Shown: positions 39,183-51,760 of the stretch, piece by piece
Layout of the letters: every line of letters begins with the position of its first letter
Numbering within the stretch: position 1 is the first letter of the stretch
Assembly: GCF_006345805.1 (NCBI RefSeq)
Contig: NC_043025.1
Coordinates: 992,001 to 1,056,000 of the forward strand
Direction: 5' to 3'
DNA: 64,000 nucleotides
From: Octopus sinensis
Lineage: Eukaryota
Program-made: the position numbers and the translations under genes
The notes under the pieces: model-generated
Seen by the model: only the letters and a program-made list of their open reading frames with translations
Database searches by the model: none
What the model was told of the DNA's origin: nothing

Positions 39183-39184
<2 letters not shown>
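35293..39184 (+). mobile_element. Near-full-length RTE (BovB-like) LINE: APE endonuclease + RT
   Basis: RLASWNVRT, GLQET, LLGDFNARVG, HQLDLII, DTDH (APE); YRGISLLS, AFIDIKKAFDSV, GVKQGCVLAPTLF, LFADDAAL, FTYLGS (RT); C-terminal CGTC..C...GLHSH. Split over four ORFs; ~650-bp 5' UTR; (TA)n on both flanks. Confidence 0.95.
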
Positions 39185-39219
<35 letters not shown>

Positions 39220-39426
39220 CAACACACAGAAGGATAAGATCAATATTTAAATATCGATTTTATCAGGTGGCCAGCATGGGAATAAAAAACATCAAGGTAA
39301 CAATATTTACAATTATAATATAGGGTAATAGCAGTCAAATCTTGACTGTAAAACCACATTAAATGTTCATATAGCACCAGGAGAGAAGACGAAGAGACAA
39401 AATAGAATAGCAAACATTTCTGGATA

Positions 39427-39485
39427 ATTCCAGATCCCGGATTTCTGACTCTGCATAAGAAATGCTCTGCCTTCATCAGTGGAAT
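39427..39485 (-). ncRNA. Second type-I hammerhead ribozyme candidate
   Basis: Minus strand ATTCCA-CTGATGA-A-GGC..GCAT(TTCTT)ATGC..GTC-A-GAAA-TCCGGGA-TC-TGGAAT: 6-bp stem I, intact core, AUC site; A.A at the base of stem II. Confidence 0.55.
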
Positions 39486-39588
39486 ATACTCAGAAAAGCA
39501 AATAAATACAAATATATACATATACAACATACGATATACTTACATATACGAACGTATTTATAATATATATATATATATATATTATATA

Positions 39589-40039
39589 GAGGGCATTATT
39601 ACACATAAATGCCTCACACTAAGAGGGACATAAGTCATTTCTACCAAAAATTTCACTAATCATACCCAATGCAGTTTTTCAAAGCAAGACATTTAAAAAT
39701 GAATTTAGTCCTATATCACCTGTGATTTCGCACTCACCGCATCAAAATTTGCGTCCATGCTCATCGGTAGAACTGATTCTGAACACATCATAAATAAACT
39801 ACCAGCACTGTCGAAGTCGAACAGCCAACTGATCTTTCTAACGAAGCACATGGAGAAGTTTATAAATCATATATCCGGTAAATGGCGGGCTTTTTCGAAC
39901 TGCATTCGGAGGGAAAAGTTTTTTCGGAATAAATTTAACAATTAAGATAAGATAACTTATGGGTATGATTAGTGAAATTTTTGGTAGAAATGACTTATGT
40001 CCCTCTTAGTGTGAGGCATTTATGTGTAATAATGCCCTC
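39589..40039. mobile_element. Tc1/mariner-type MITE, 451 bp, perfect 80-bp TIRs, TA flanks
   Basis: 39589-39668 is the exact reverse complement of 39960-40039; TA on each side. Confidence 0.92.
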
Positions 40040-40161
40040 TATATAATATAAAATAATATGTTCAAAGGAAAAATTATTTTCGAATTTTCTCTGATGAGGT
40101 TTTTCACGCTATCTACCTGATAATTTCTTGTTAAGATTCCTTATAAGAAGTTATCCTTAAT

Positions 40162-40256
<95 letters not shown>

Positions 40257-40397
40257 GTATATATATATATATGAGCGTGTATATATAAATCAAGGCGGCT
40301 ATCAGCATTTTAAGACCAACAGGGAAATAATTCACAGTCACTAAAGGTGACAAGAGTGCAGTGAGCACCAGCATTATTAGAAATATTAGTCATAGAC

Positions 40398-40605
40398 TAT
40401 TTCGTTTTGGGATTTGGTTTGCAAGATTCTTTATATGAGTTCGTGTGTTGAAGCATATTCTGTTGTCTCTGGGGAGAGCCATTTTCTTTTTGTGCCTTAT
40501 AATTCCACACACTCACCGGTAACATTTCAACGTATTTCTTATTTTTATTTTCCTAAAACTTTTCGTTGAGTCTTGCAAACTTTTACCAGTGATTGTGTTA
40601 AATTA
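40398..40605. mobile_element. 208-bp insertion with 11-bp target-site duplication
   Basis: 'tagtcatagac' at 40387-40397 and 40606-40616; single copy at the paralogous empty site 25849-25859. Confidence 0.8.
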
Positions 40606-41157
40606 TAGTCATAGACACCTTAGCCATAAAAAAAACACATAGTGCATTGGCAGGGGGGGGGGGGAACATTCCCCACGGTAAGCCAGATGGATTAGATTAG
40701 CATGGTAATTTCTTATAAGAAGTTAATACTCATCAGCAATGCTCACTCCATTACGGCTGGTGGAGGTTAACTCCCGCCTGTCAATATCATTGAGAATGAC
40801 ATAAAAATGAGTGATTGATTTCACAAAATGGCAATGTGAAGATTATAAAATATTGAAGGTAGCTAACACACATTTTAAAACCAACCAGGTAATTATATAT
40901 ATATAAAATGTATATAAAAACTTATACACGGAGAGAAGACCACCATGTGGATTTCTTACATGCTAAAGAGGGCAAGCCACGGTACTGGACGAATATGTTC
41001 TTAACACTAACTTTTAGTCACCCGCTTGTAGTTTCAGCCTTCTTCACTAATTCTGTTCGTAACCATACTGAATGCGGTTATTTTACCTATGATGATCCAA
41101 TCCTAAACTATATTTGAATATAAAAATAATTGAAACAAAACAATTAATCTCTTTAAG

Positions 41158-41240
41158 TGTTCAAAGTCAACAGCGGCGCAATATCTCCCAAGTTTTGAAC
41201 AAATTCCAGGCATTGCTCAACATGAATTTGCTTGATGAAA
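41158..41240 (+). CDS. Shortened SEA exon 3' (VQSQQRRNISQVLNKFQALLNMNLLDE)
   Basis: ttaag| and |gtaagt, phase 2 to 1, in frame with exon 34961-35013. Confidence 0.55.
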
Positions 41241-42120
41241 GTAAGTATCGTGTTTCTTCATTTTTCTAACACCATTACCGTCATAATTAGCTTCATCAAT
41301 CACCATACCATCCTCTTCGTCGTTGTCGTCATCATCAACCACAACGGATGATATCTTAGGACACCCACGCGTGCACGCAAGCGCACAGACTCCCTCCCTC
41401 TCTCTCATACATACAACTATTCATTTACATTTTCTCGAAGCTTGGATAATTTCAATAAATCAGCATTTTATTTTGCGCTTTTCCGTTTCTTGTCCCTACG
41501 GAACTGTTTGTCTAACCGAGGGCAAAAATGTTTTCTTCTAATTTTGTATAGAAGTAGAAGATGCAGACTCTACTGGGCAGAATAATTCACACAATTCCAG
41601 TACTTTCTTTAATTCACTCAGGAAAATTATTCAATGCTGCAAATAATTTTCCTCAGCGAAAATTCATTTTGTTCGACGTGATCATATTAATTTTTGAATT
41701 AGGATCGATAGATACACACACAGCTCATACGCTTTAACTCATCTCTAAGAGATATAAAAGAGGAATAAATCACATCCCATTGCCGAACAATGATACAATT
41801 TCTTTCACTCCGTTTCCATTCATTTCCTTTTACCACTGCCAAATCAATATAAAGTCTATCTATTTCCAGCATAAAAGAGGTTTATGCGCATCCGGTCAGT
41901 ATGTCTAAGTAGTGGTCAATATTGAGGAAATGCAACAATAGAGGCCGCGAAACAGACAATAGCATTTTTACTAGTCAAATCCCGTAACAAATTATATATT
42001 GCTCGAGAAAATGTAAAAATATATATACATATACACATACATATTTCGGGATGGTCATGTTATTTATTATTTAAAAAAATATATAAATGAATAAATATAT
42101 GTGTGCATATATATATTGTG

Positions 42121-42340
42121 TGCCCAGGTAGAGTATACGGGGATCTCTACGTACAACAGTGTTCGGGCAAACAGATCACATTGGCATAATTTGAAGAAAG
42201 CTGTCAAAGTAGTTTCTCATGGATTCAGATCTACGTTTCGAGCATTGTCTTCTGTGAAATATACACGCTGGCCATTTTCAAGATGTACAGATAGATTTTA
42301 AGAAAGTGTTCCTACATGTAAACAGGATGTGACCTTTGTG
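42121..42340 (-). mobile_element. Helitron fragment (duplicate of 1419-1640)
   Basis: Near-identical sequence. Confidence 0.9.
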
Positions 42341-42649
42341 TTGACAGTGTGTTTGTCTCAAAGCAGAACAGTTCTTCCATCAGCGCTTGCCAATTGGCTG
42401 AAGTAACATGAAAGGCATCGTCATTCATGGTATATTCGTGAATAAGTCACAAACTGAAATACGTTGATCTATTGTTTAGGGAAATATTATTTACTTGTTT
42501 AAGGGTTGTACTGGATACATAGCGAAAACAGCTCTAACAGTTGAAATAGTAAGAAATAAACATATATATATATATATACAAATTAATATTATCCGGTAAT
42601 TAATGTGCTTAAACTTTTATATTTTATGTTTTTTTCATTATGTTTCCAG

Positions 42650-42702
42650 GTTCAAGTACTGGTAATGGAACAGAGGATAGAACAGCAGAAACAAACTTTT
42701 GA
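42650..42702 (+). CDS. Putative short terminal exon ((S)SSTGNGTEDRTAETNF*)
   Basis: tttccag| acceptor, in frame with 41158-41240, TGA stop. Confidence 0.45.
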
Positions 42703-42762
42703 GTAAAAATCGAAAAAGAGCCTCCAAGAATCGTCTTTGATGATATTTTATGCTATAAAACG

Positions 42763-42990
42763 ATATTTTCTCCATATATAATATAAAATAATATTTTCTG
42801 CATATATAATATAAAATTATATTTTCTCCATATATAATATAAAATAAAATTTTCTTAATATATAATACAAAATAAAATTTTCTCCATATATAATATGAAA
42901 TAATATTTTCTTCATATATAATATAAAATTATATTTTCTCCATATATAATATTAAATAATATTTTCTCCATATATAATATAAAATATTCT
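42763..42990 (+). repeat. 28-bp minisatellite, about 8 units
   Basis: Paralog of 2061-2346. Confidence 0.9.
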
Positions 42991-45900
42991 TTCCTTGTAA
43001 CGACACTATAATTGTACCTTTCAATACAACACTATGCATGCATGAGACTGTATAATCCACCATAATGTAATTTAAACGAGTTTCAGGGCCTCACTATGGC
43101 TTGAAACAGAAAATATTGCATGATTTGAAATTATATTGATATTCTATCTTCTTGCCAATTTAATGTTATCAATGTAAGCTTTAGAATTGTTAAATAAAGG
43201 ATTAAATCTGATCTGTTGCTACCGTTCGTTTTCTAGATGAAATACTGTAATCCCGCAGACTAAGATCAAATACCACCGGAAGAGGCATTGATTCCATTTG
43301 TTATTTTAAACATTCCACTAAAATGTTAAAACTTGCAAAATGTATCATGTAGATTAGATTTACGATCATTTATCTAATTAGTATTATCAGGTCATTCAAC
43401 TGTCATTGTTCAGTAATCAACATTTCACAAACAGCTACATTCCAATCAAAGCACCGGACGTAGATTCGTCTTCTACACGTTCATGTCTACTTTCACTCCA
43501 TCAATGTTACACTTACACGAGACTGCGCACGCCTCAATGTCTTCATTGAAGTAGTTTCTTAGTTATACTCTCTACATGATATTCAGGCCCATTAGGCCGC
43601 AGTCTCTTTCGGTATCCAACATATTCCAACACCCGGGGATAGAAGACACCCCACTAAAAGAGATGCCAGTCTGTTGCAAGTTTAACCCCTGGTTGTTGCT
43701 GGTATTTCTTCTCAGATGACTGCACTGGAAGTGTTTTTCTCGTGGACAGAACGCACCGATCCAATAGTCCATGTGTCTATTTCTGTGTGAGTGTGTGTGT
43801 GTGTGTGTGTGTGCGTGTATGTGTGTGCGTGCGTGCGTGTGTATGTATGTGTGTGCTTTTTAGCCTCTTCTGTTTTCCGGGTCATTGGTCGCTCTCTTGC
43901 CAGCCGGAACACCGCTACGCCCTTCTTTTATGCTCTGCTTGTTGCTGTTAAATGATATGCAGCCGTTTATCGTAACAACTCTGTCATTTCTACTACTTAT
44001 AACATGGCCTGTGGTTTTAGATGTCTTGGTACATCGACTGAACTAAGGAATTATCTTTTACTTTCCTCCTAATTAGATGGTCGCACCATTTCACCCTCTT
44101 CCATCTGACTACTTCAGTTCTGTTTTATTTCATGTAAATAACGTTTCTTATACAAATTACGCCAGTCTCACTATAATATCTCTTTAGTTTTAAACACATT
44201 TTAATAACCTCTTACTTATGTGTTTCTAGACCCTGATTAGAGAAACAAAAATGTGCAACCTATCAATGCAACCCTGGCTGATGTCCTACAAGCTCCAGAT
44301 CCTGTTTCTTAAATCTCTCAAATGCTATACATGCTAGCGTGACCTGTCTTTTCTAACCTGTGTGTCTAGTGCGACGGGTACTACACAGCACTCTTTGACA
44401 TGTTCAACATAAGAAACATTCAGTGTAATTATTTCCTTTGCGTTGTGTAATTAATCTGTATATAATGCTATTCATTTTCATAGCCCATTTTCCCAATATT
44501 TCGTCTGAGACCATCAATATTAGGTTTGCTTCCCAACCACATAATTCCGTTTTTATTTTCGGTCTCATCGTGTGACATGGCACTTTGGGCAATTTTCACC
44601 ATACTGAGAAAAAAGTACTAGGGTCAATTCGTTCGACTAAAACTTATTCCAGGGGCCCTCCACCTCCTCCAGCATGGCTGCAGTCTCATGACTGAAATAA
44701 AGGAAAAAGTTTTAAAATATATATTTCCTCACTTCGTTATTATCTGTGAACACATATTTTCTCTATTCTCCTTTCAGTGAAGAAAACACATCTGTCTCCA
44801 TGACATTTCTCCTTCACTCACTCTCTATCTCTTTTGCTACTTCTCTCTCTCTCTCCTCTCTCTTATAGCTTTGCCTCTCCCATACACTTTCCTCATCAGT
44901 CCATGCTTCTCTCTCTCTCATATCACATGTTGCTTCCCTGCGCGTGGAGAATTAATCCAGCAAAGACGTTCAACATTTTTATAATTGTTTTTCATCTCCG
45001 CTGTTTCGTTTAACATATTTTCTCTCTTCATTGTGAACCACAAACATAATCATTCTTCATTATTTTTCACACCATAACTTACTTCTCCTTGATCTGTTTC
45101 TCTCTGCCTTTCGGTCCTCATATGGCCCCTCCTCCATACCATTGCCCACAATCTCCATAGGTTCTACAACGATGAGCCCCCAATATACTACAAGCACTAT
45201 GACGAACAACCTGGTTATGAATCTAACTCCGCAGGTTCACAATGTTCAGAAACACATCTACAGACATCTACACATCTGTGCCTTACCTCAATATACAACA
45301 CTTAACCTATATTGGGTGCTTGTCACACGTAGTTGCAGTACTTACAATCTTGTGAAAATATGACATACAACAGACAATTTGTAATACGTCCAGGCTGACA
45401 AGCAAGCTTTAATACGTGACTGCACGAAGATGTTGAATCCTATACAAACACAACATATAAATGGAACTTGTAGATTATAAACCGTAATGGTTGGCACAAG
45501 GTTTATCGAAGAATCAAATTCTGGATTAGTTACATCCACATCTTGGCTATGGGCTCCAAGAAGGGATGTGCAGTTCCCTTGCATATTCCGCTATAATCCC
45601 TAGACGAATAGTAAAATTCTGACCAATAGCAATATTCTGAACATATGGACGTGATAGATGTGTAGCGAGACCAATTTCTATTATTGTATATTTGGAAACA
45701 TTAAGTTAGTTTCTGAAAGCTCACCACGCTACTCTGTTGAGATAGGTTAAAATAACTATCATATAAGTCATTGGACATTTATTGAACCCTGTGTTGTGAT
45801 TAGCTGAGTGTTGCGCGGGCGCTGGATCGAAGGTCTAATAACGTTACGCGTTATATATTTCTGGAGCCTCATTTCTTTTCATAAATTGGTGCCATAAATT

Positions 45901-46604
45901 ATTTACGAGTCAGAGAGGTGAGAGTCATTCATCGAGGCGAAGTATGCGGATTCTGCCGTTTTCAGCATTAATTTGCTTACTCCATCTAATTTTTGAGAGC
46001 GGTCGAGTTCACTTTTAGTATTCTCGTTTGTGAGAGCAGTCGAGTTTATTTCAGATATTCTCATTCTAAAAATCATCTCTGGCTCATCGTTGAGAGGATG
46101 TTGGTATTGTCTCGGCGGAGGTTTGCACATTTTAAGTGCTCTACTGATTATTGTTATTGTTGTTGCTGCTTCTGCTGCTGCTGCTGCTGATAATGATGAT
46201 GATATACAAGGTAATTCGGTAAACTGAAAATACCATTTCAGTCACCTATTCGATTGATTTATTTACAGAGTAATTCAGTTAACTGAAAGTACCTTTTCAG
46301 TTATCCATTCGGATGTTTAATTTAAAGAGTTTACAGGTTTATCCGTGATCCATCCTTGCCTCATTCGTTACTGTTGTGGAAGGATTCCGACAACTCCCAT
46401 ATGATTAAAAGTGAATTGTCACAACATTTGCTATGAATAAAGAACTGTCGAGTTATCAGCAGTTCGCTGTGAGCCGTGTAACCTCGTATAACAGGAAGCC
46501 TCGTGCGTTCGTGTAAATACTTCGTTAAATTATTTATCAAACATACAAGGATATAAAAGTTACTTATAAAGGAAATATACTTACACCATACCTCACGTTT
46601 TTGA

Positions 46605-47590
46605 CAGTATCCGCGGAAGGAAGAGACTTGTGGATGACATGAATTACATATTATGAAGCACAGAAACAAAACGCTGATGAATCTAAGACTTACAGGAAAT
46701 TCGAAATTATGTCCTGTAACGCTCGAGTGCACATTAGGATACATGATGAAGATCATACCATAATTCAGCACATTGGTGAAGATCCTCATTGTTCATGTGC
46801 TTCAAAATCCATGCATCATATTCAGGTGGGGTTATTCAGTGTTCCGCAGTTGTTTGCATTACCCCCACCCAAAAATAAACTTACAGCCGCCTTTTTTATA
46901 AGCTAAATGAATTACTCCAAAGACTGAGCCCTGAAGATTTTATGAGGGATTTTGAAAAAGCTCTTATTAATAGCATTGTATCTGTTTCCTACTACTTCCA
47001 TCTCATGCTGTCTTTTTCATCTATCACAAAATATATACAGAAAACATGTGAATTTGGCTTGAAGGACAGATACCATCATTATAATGAGTTTAGCATTAAA
47101 ATCAGAGGTTTTTAAGCATTGCTAATTCTTCGTCTCGATGATGAGATTGACGGAGTCGAAAATCTTGAAGATGACGATGATCTTCCGCAAGAACTTGTGA
47201 CCTACTTTAGATTATCGTACCTATGATAAGTGTGAAGTAAAGGAATGAGACCACGAAGGACTTCTCCCTAGTTTCCTATTGGTAGTTGGAATGTCCGCTT
47301 TAAAACAGAATCGGATATGCCTCGCACTAATAACCTTTTAGAGGGATTTCACAACGCCCTACAAATTTCCTTAATTTGTTCACATCCGAATATATGGAGA
47401 TAATTACTGCACTGAGAAGGGAAGAACACTTGGCACAGCTGAGAAAGGTTGAATTTGATGGAGGTGGGATCTGCGAGACCAAACAAAAATAAAAGAAAGG
47501 ATATAAGCAAACGGATAAGTATTGAGCGACATAGTCCCGAAAATAAGATGGATTTTATATGAGCAATAGCCCCTAACCTTCATTTTTATT
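46605..47590 (+). mobile_element. MULE transposase relic (duplicate of 5930-7040)
   Basis: Same motifs; lacks the ~125-bp internal duplication. Confidence 0.9.
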
Positions 47591-48444
47591 GAAACTTTTA
47601 GTAATAATTTTAGGTTTTACTCGACTTTTTATTTCATCCTTATTCAACGTTTTATTTTTTCTAATATCGGGAGTGAAATTGACTGGTAGTCAAATTACCG
47701 GAGTCAAAATACCGGGTGTGAAGTTATCAGGATTCAAATTACCTGTCGCCAATTCAGTCGATGTCTGAGGGATACGGGTTCGAGTGCAACTTTTTTCCAT
47801 CTCATAAGGGTACCCAGTCTTTCTCTGCTATCTCTACAGCTTTACTGGGTTTGAAATGTCCTTCCTTATCTGCAAGGTATCGCGTTTAAAATGGTTAAGT
47901 ATGTTATCATTTATTTATGCAGAAGAGATAACATTACATGACAGGGGAGTAGCTTTAATGGAAGAAAAACATTCGCAAAATATATAAATTCCTACGTCTC
48001 TTATTAAGAGAGACTAATGAGTGTTTCTCTCGATGCCACAGGGAATGTTAACCATCTTCTAAATTTATGTCCCAGATTCCAGATACAGTTTTGAAGAATC
48101 ACATGAATACTTTGATCACCTATAAACAAAAAGAAACTTGTTACTATGGAATTGCTTCAACGTAATCATTGGAGACCTCCGCTTCAATGAAGAAGCAGGC
48201 TGAAGCAAGAACTGACCAAATGCTATAGAAAGATAAAGCTTTAGCAAACCAAAAGAGAAGCGAGCATAATTACTACTTTTGTGTGCAATAAGGGGTCTCA
48301 TGATAACAAACACTGTGTCCGGAAAAGAATGTCTGGAAGCTAAATCAATATATATATTATTCTTCAATTCATTACTTTGAACAACGATCGTCAAGTTTGC
48401 TTTGGCAATTCTAAAGATATTTTGGTGTCACGAATTGTGTCACC

Positions 48445-49285
48445 AAAACAGATAAAATAACCTTTAAAGTTCAATACCTGAACTTCAAATTTTACTATCC
48501 AACATATACAAAACGCAATATCCCATACAACCTAGCCGAGAAAATGTGTACGTTTGTGGAGGATGTGAGAATCGGAGACAAAAGCCTAACAAAACTAAAA
48601 GAATCTCTACCCAAGCAAAAATATCCCTCTCTACTCATAGAAAATGGTGTACAGCTTGATATAGAAATACCCATACAAGAACTTAGGGCCACCCGAGGAT
48701 GAGGAAAACGAGAACAGATCATACCAGTTATAGTGGCACACAACCCATGTTACCGGAATACCTTAAGCATTGCAAATCAAACTTGCCGATCATTATTCAA
48801 AGTAATGAATTAGAAGATATAATCACGGATGGAGTAATGGCTCTAAGTAAAAGACAGTCGAAAGACTTGAAACATTTAATAAAGGCAAAGTGTGATCTTA
48901 GCAACAATACGAATCATTCATTGTGTCTAAGTACAATGATAATCGATGTGGGACATGTCAGTTCATACATATCGGTCAATATTGGAACAAAAAATAAACG
49001 GAAGAATATTTGCAAATGTAAATATGAACTGCAAAAGCAGAAATTTAATTTACTGCATCAAATGCCAGAATTCTGAAGAGATATACGTTGGCCAGACTTG
49101 GAATGCACTAGTGGAACGGTCACGTGTGCTCCAACAGTAAATAAGAGATCCTGATGTCGGCCAGATGATCCCTTTAACCGACCACTGGCAACTTGTGGTC
49201 TACACAACTGAAGACAAGGCGAGAGAAACGTTAGAGAGAAAAAATTTATTGATAAACTGAAACCATTTTTAAATGGGCAAAACTA
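48445..49285 (+). mobile_element. Penelope-like relic (duplicate of 7895-8730)
   Basis: Same RT-thumb and GIY-YIG motifs. Confidence 0.9.
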
Positions 49286-49314
49286 ATAATAGTTATAGTA
49301 ACGGTGATGACTGG

Positions 49315-49593
49315 AATGATGATGATGATGATGATGATTATGATGATTATGATGATAATAATAATAATAATATTAATAATAATAATAATAATAATAATAA
49401 TGATGATGATAATAATAATAATAATGATGATGATGATGATAATAATAATAATAATAATGATGATGATAATAATAATAATAATAATGATGATGATGATGAT
49501 AATAATAATAATAATAACAATGATAATAATGGTAATGATAATAATAATAATAATAATGATAATAATAATAATAATAATATAATAATAATAAGA

Positions 49594-49630
<37 letters not shown>

Positions 49631-49721
49631 TAATAATAATAATAAAATAATAATGATAATAATAATAATAATGATAATAATAATGATAATATTAATAATA
49701 ATAATAATAATGATAATAATG

Positions 49722-49758
<37 letters not shown>

Positions 49759-49933
49759 TAATAATAAGAATAATGATAATAATAATAATAATAATAAGAA
49801 TAATAACAATGATAATATTAATAATAATAATAATAATAATAATAATGATAATATTAATAATAATAATAATATAATAATAATAATGATAATAATAATGATA
49901 ATAATAATAATAATGATGATGATGATAATAATG

Positions 49934-49973
<40 letters not shown>

Positions 49974-49993
49974 TAATAATAATAATAATAATA

Positions 49994-50026
<33 letters not shown>
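49315..50026 (+). repeat. Uninterrupted (GAT)/(AAT)n array
   Basis: Read directly; counterpart of the interrupted array in copy A. Confidence 0.97.
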
Positions 50027-51601
50027 TCAGTCGTGTTAGATGTTGACACAGTCATAAGAGAGCCTGAGCAAGAGCAAACATACAAATATTTAGGGATAAA
50101 TGAAGGCTCTGGTATTCAGCATGCAAGCATGAAAGAGAAAATCAGGAAGGAATGTTATAGGAGAGTTCGTGCAGTCCTGAAATCTGAACTAAATGCACGT
50201 AACAAGGTGTTAGCTATAAATTCCTTAGCAGTTCCAGTTGTTACTTATAGCTACAATGTGTTGAACTGGAATATGAGTGAAGTAAAGAATATAGATAGGA
50301 AAATACGCAAGCTGCTGAGTTGTAATAGGATGCACCACCCAAAGGCAGACGTAGATCGCCTTTACCTTCCCAGAGCCTAAGGAGGTCGGGGCCTGATCCA
50401 ATTTGAACTAGCTTACAAAACAACCACAACTGGACTGGCCAAATATCTCGAAATAACGAATGACTAGATGCTAAAGCTCGTGGAAAATCACGAGAGACGA
50501 AAGAAGCTTCATTCTATCATAAAGGAACGCAAAAAATTTGCTATTGATCTCGTGCAGGATACCCAAACTGAACAACCCGAGGGAAGTACGGCAGCTATTG
50601 TTGCAAAGAAGGTAAAAATAATGGCAACGAAAGAAGCGCACGAGCAATTGGCTGATAGGTGGGAGGAGAAACCTCTGCACGGCAAATATGTGGCCCGCAG
50701 CAAACAAGCTGATGTTGACCAGAAGCAAACCCATCAGTGGCTACGGAGCTCAGGGCTAAAAGCAGAGAGCGAAGGTTTCATCCTGGCTGCTCAAGATCAA
50801 AGCCTATTAACCCGGAACTACCAGGCCAATGTGATGAAAAATGGAGCAGACCCAAAATGCCGATTCTGCAACGACATGATTGAAACAGTGGACCATCTAA
50901 TCTCTGGATGTAAAGTCTTAGCACCAGTGGAGTATAAATTAAGACATGACAGAGTTGGCCAATATCTCCACTGGCTAATAAGTCGGCATTACAATATCAA
51001 AACTGCCGACAAGTGGTATAATCACCACCCTGAGGCTGTAACTGAAGGAGAAAATGTAACCATTCTGTGGGACTTTCCAGTACATACAGACCGAACCATC
51101 AAGGCCAATAAACCAGATATTGTTGTGAAAAACCCAAACAATAAAGTTTGCTTATTGATCGACATGAGCATCCCCTGTGATCATAATATCTCGGCGAAAG
51201 AGTTTGACAAGCTCAGAAAATATAAACACCTACTCATTGATTAATTGTAATGAGAAATGTGGCATCTCAAGGCGGTTACAATACCAGTGATCGTAGGAGC
51301 ACTAGGAATGATCAAGAAGGGAACCGAAAATTATATGAGAATGATCCCTGGCTTACCATCCCTGCAAGAAGTGCAAAAGATTGTCTTAACTGGTACATCA
51401 CACGTATTGAGAAGAGCATTGTCGATGTGAGAACTGTTGCTGCTCATGTATTTTAATTTAACTTTAAAAAATAAAAAAATGAACGAACTACTGAGTTTGG
51501 TTTAATGGCCTACCAATGTATACTATGAGTTTCTTTGCCCTAGGAGTCGGGAAGACACTCGGCAAGAAATGGAAGCAAATTTGAAAGAAGGAAAAAAAAA
51601 A

Positions 51602-51602
<1 letters not shown>
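50027..51602 (+). mobile_element. 5'-truncated R4/Dong-like element, family 1 (duplicate of 10553-12113)
   Basis: Same 5' truncation point and same premature TAA after LPRA; CCHC and REL motifs; (TAA)n on both flanks. Confidence 0.92.
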
Positions 51603-51647
<45 letters not shown>

Positions 51648-51652
51648 TGATG

Positions 51653-51751
<99 letters not shown>

Positions 51752-51760
51752 TAATAATAA

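Noticed and set aside
40085-40140. CTGATGAG motif
   Set aside because: No downstream GAAA or stem I partner.
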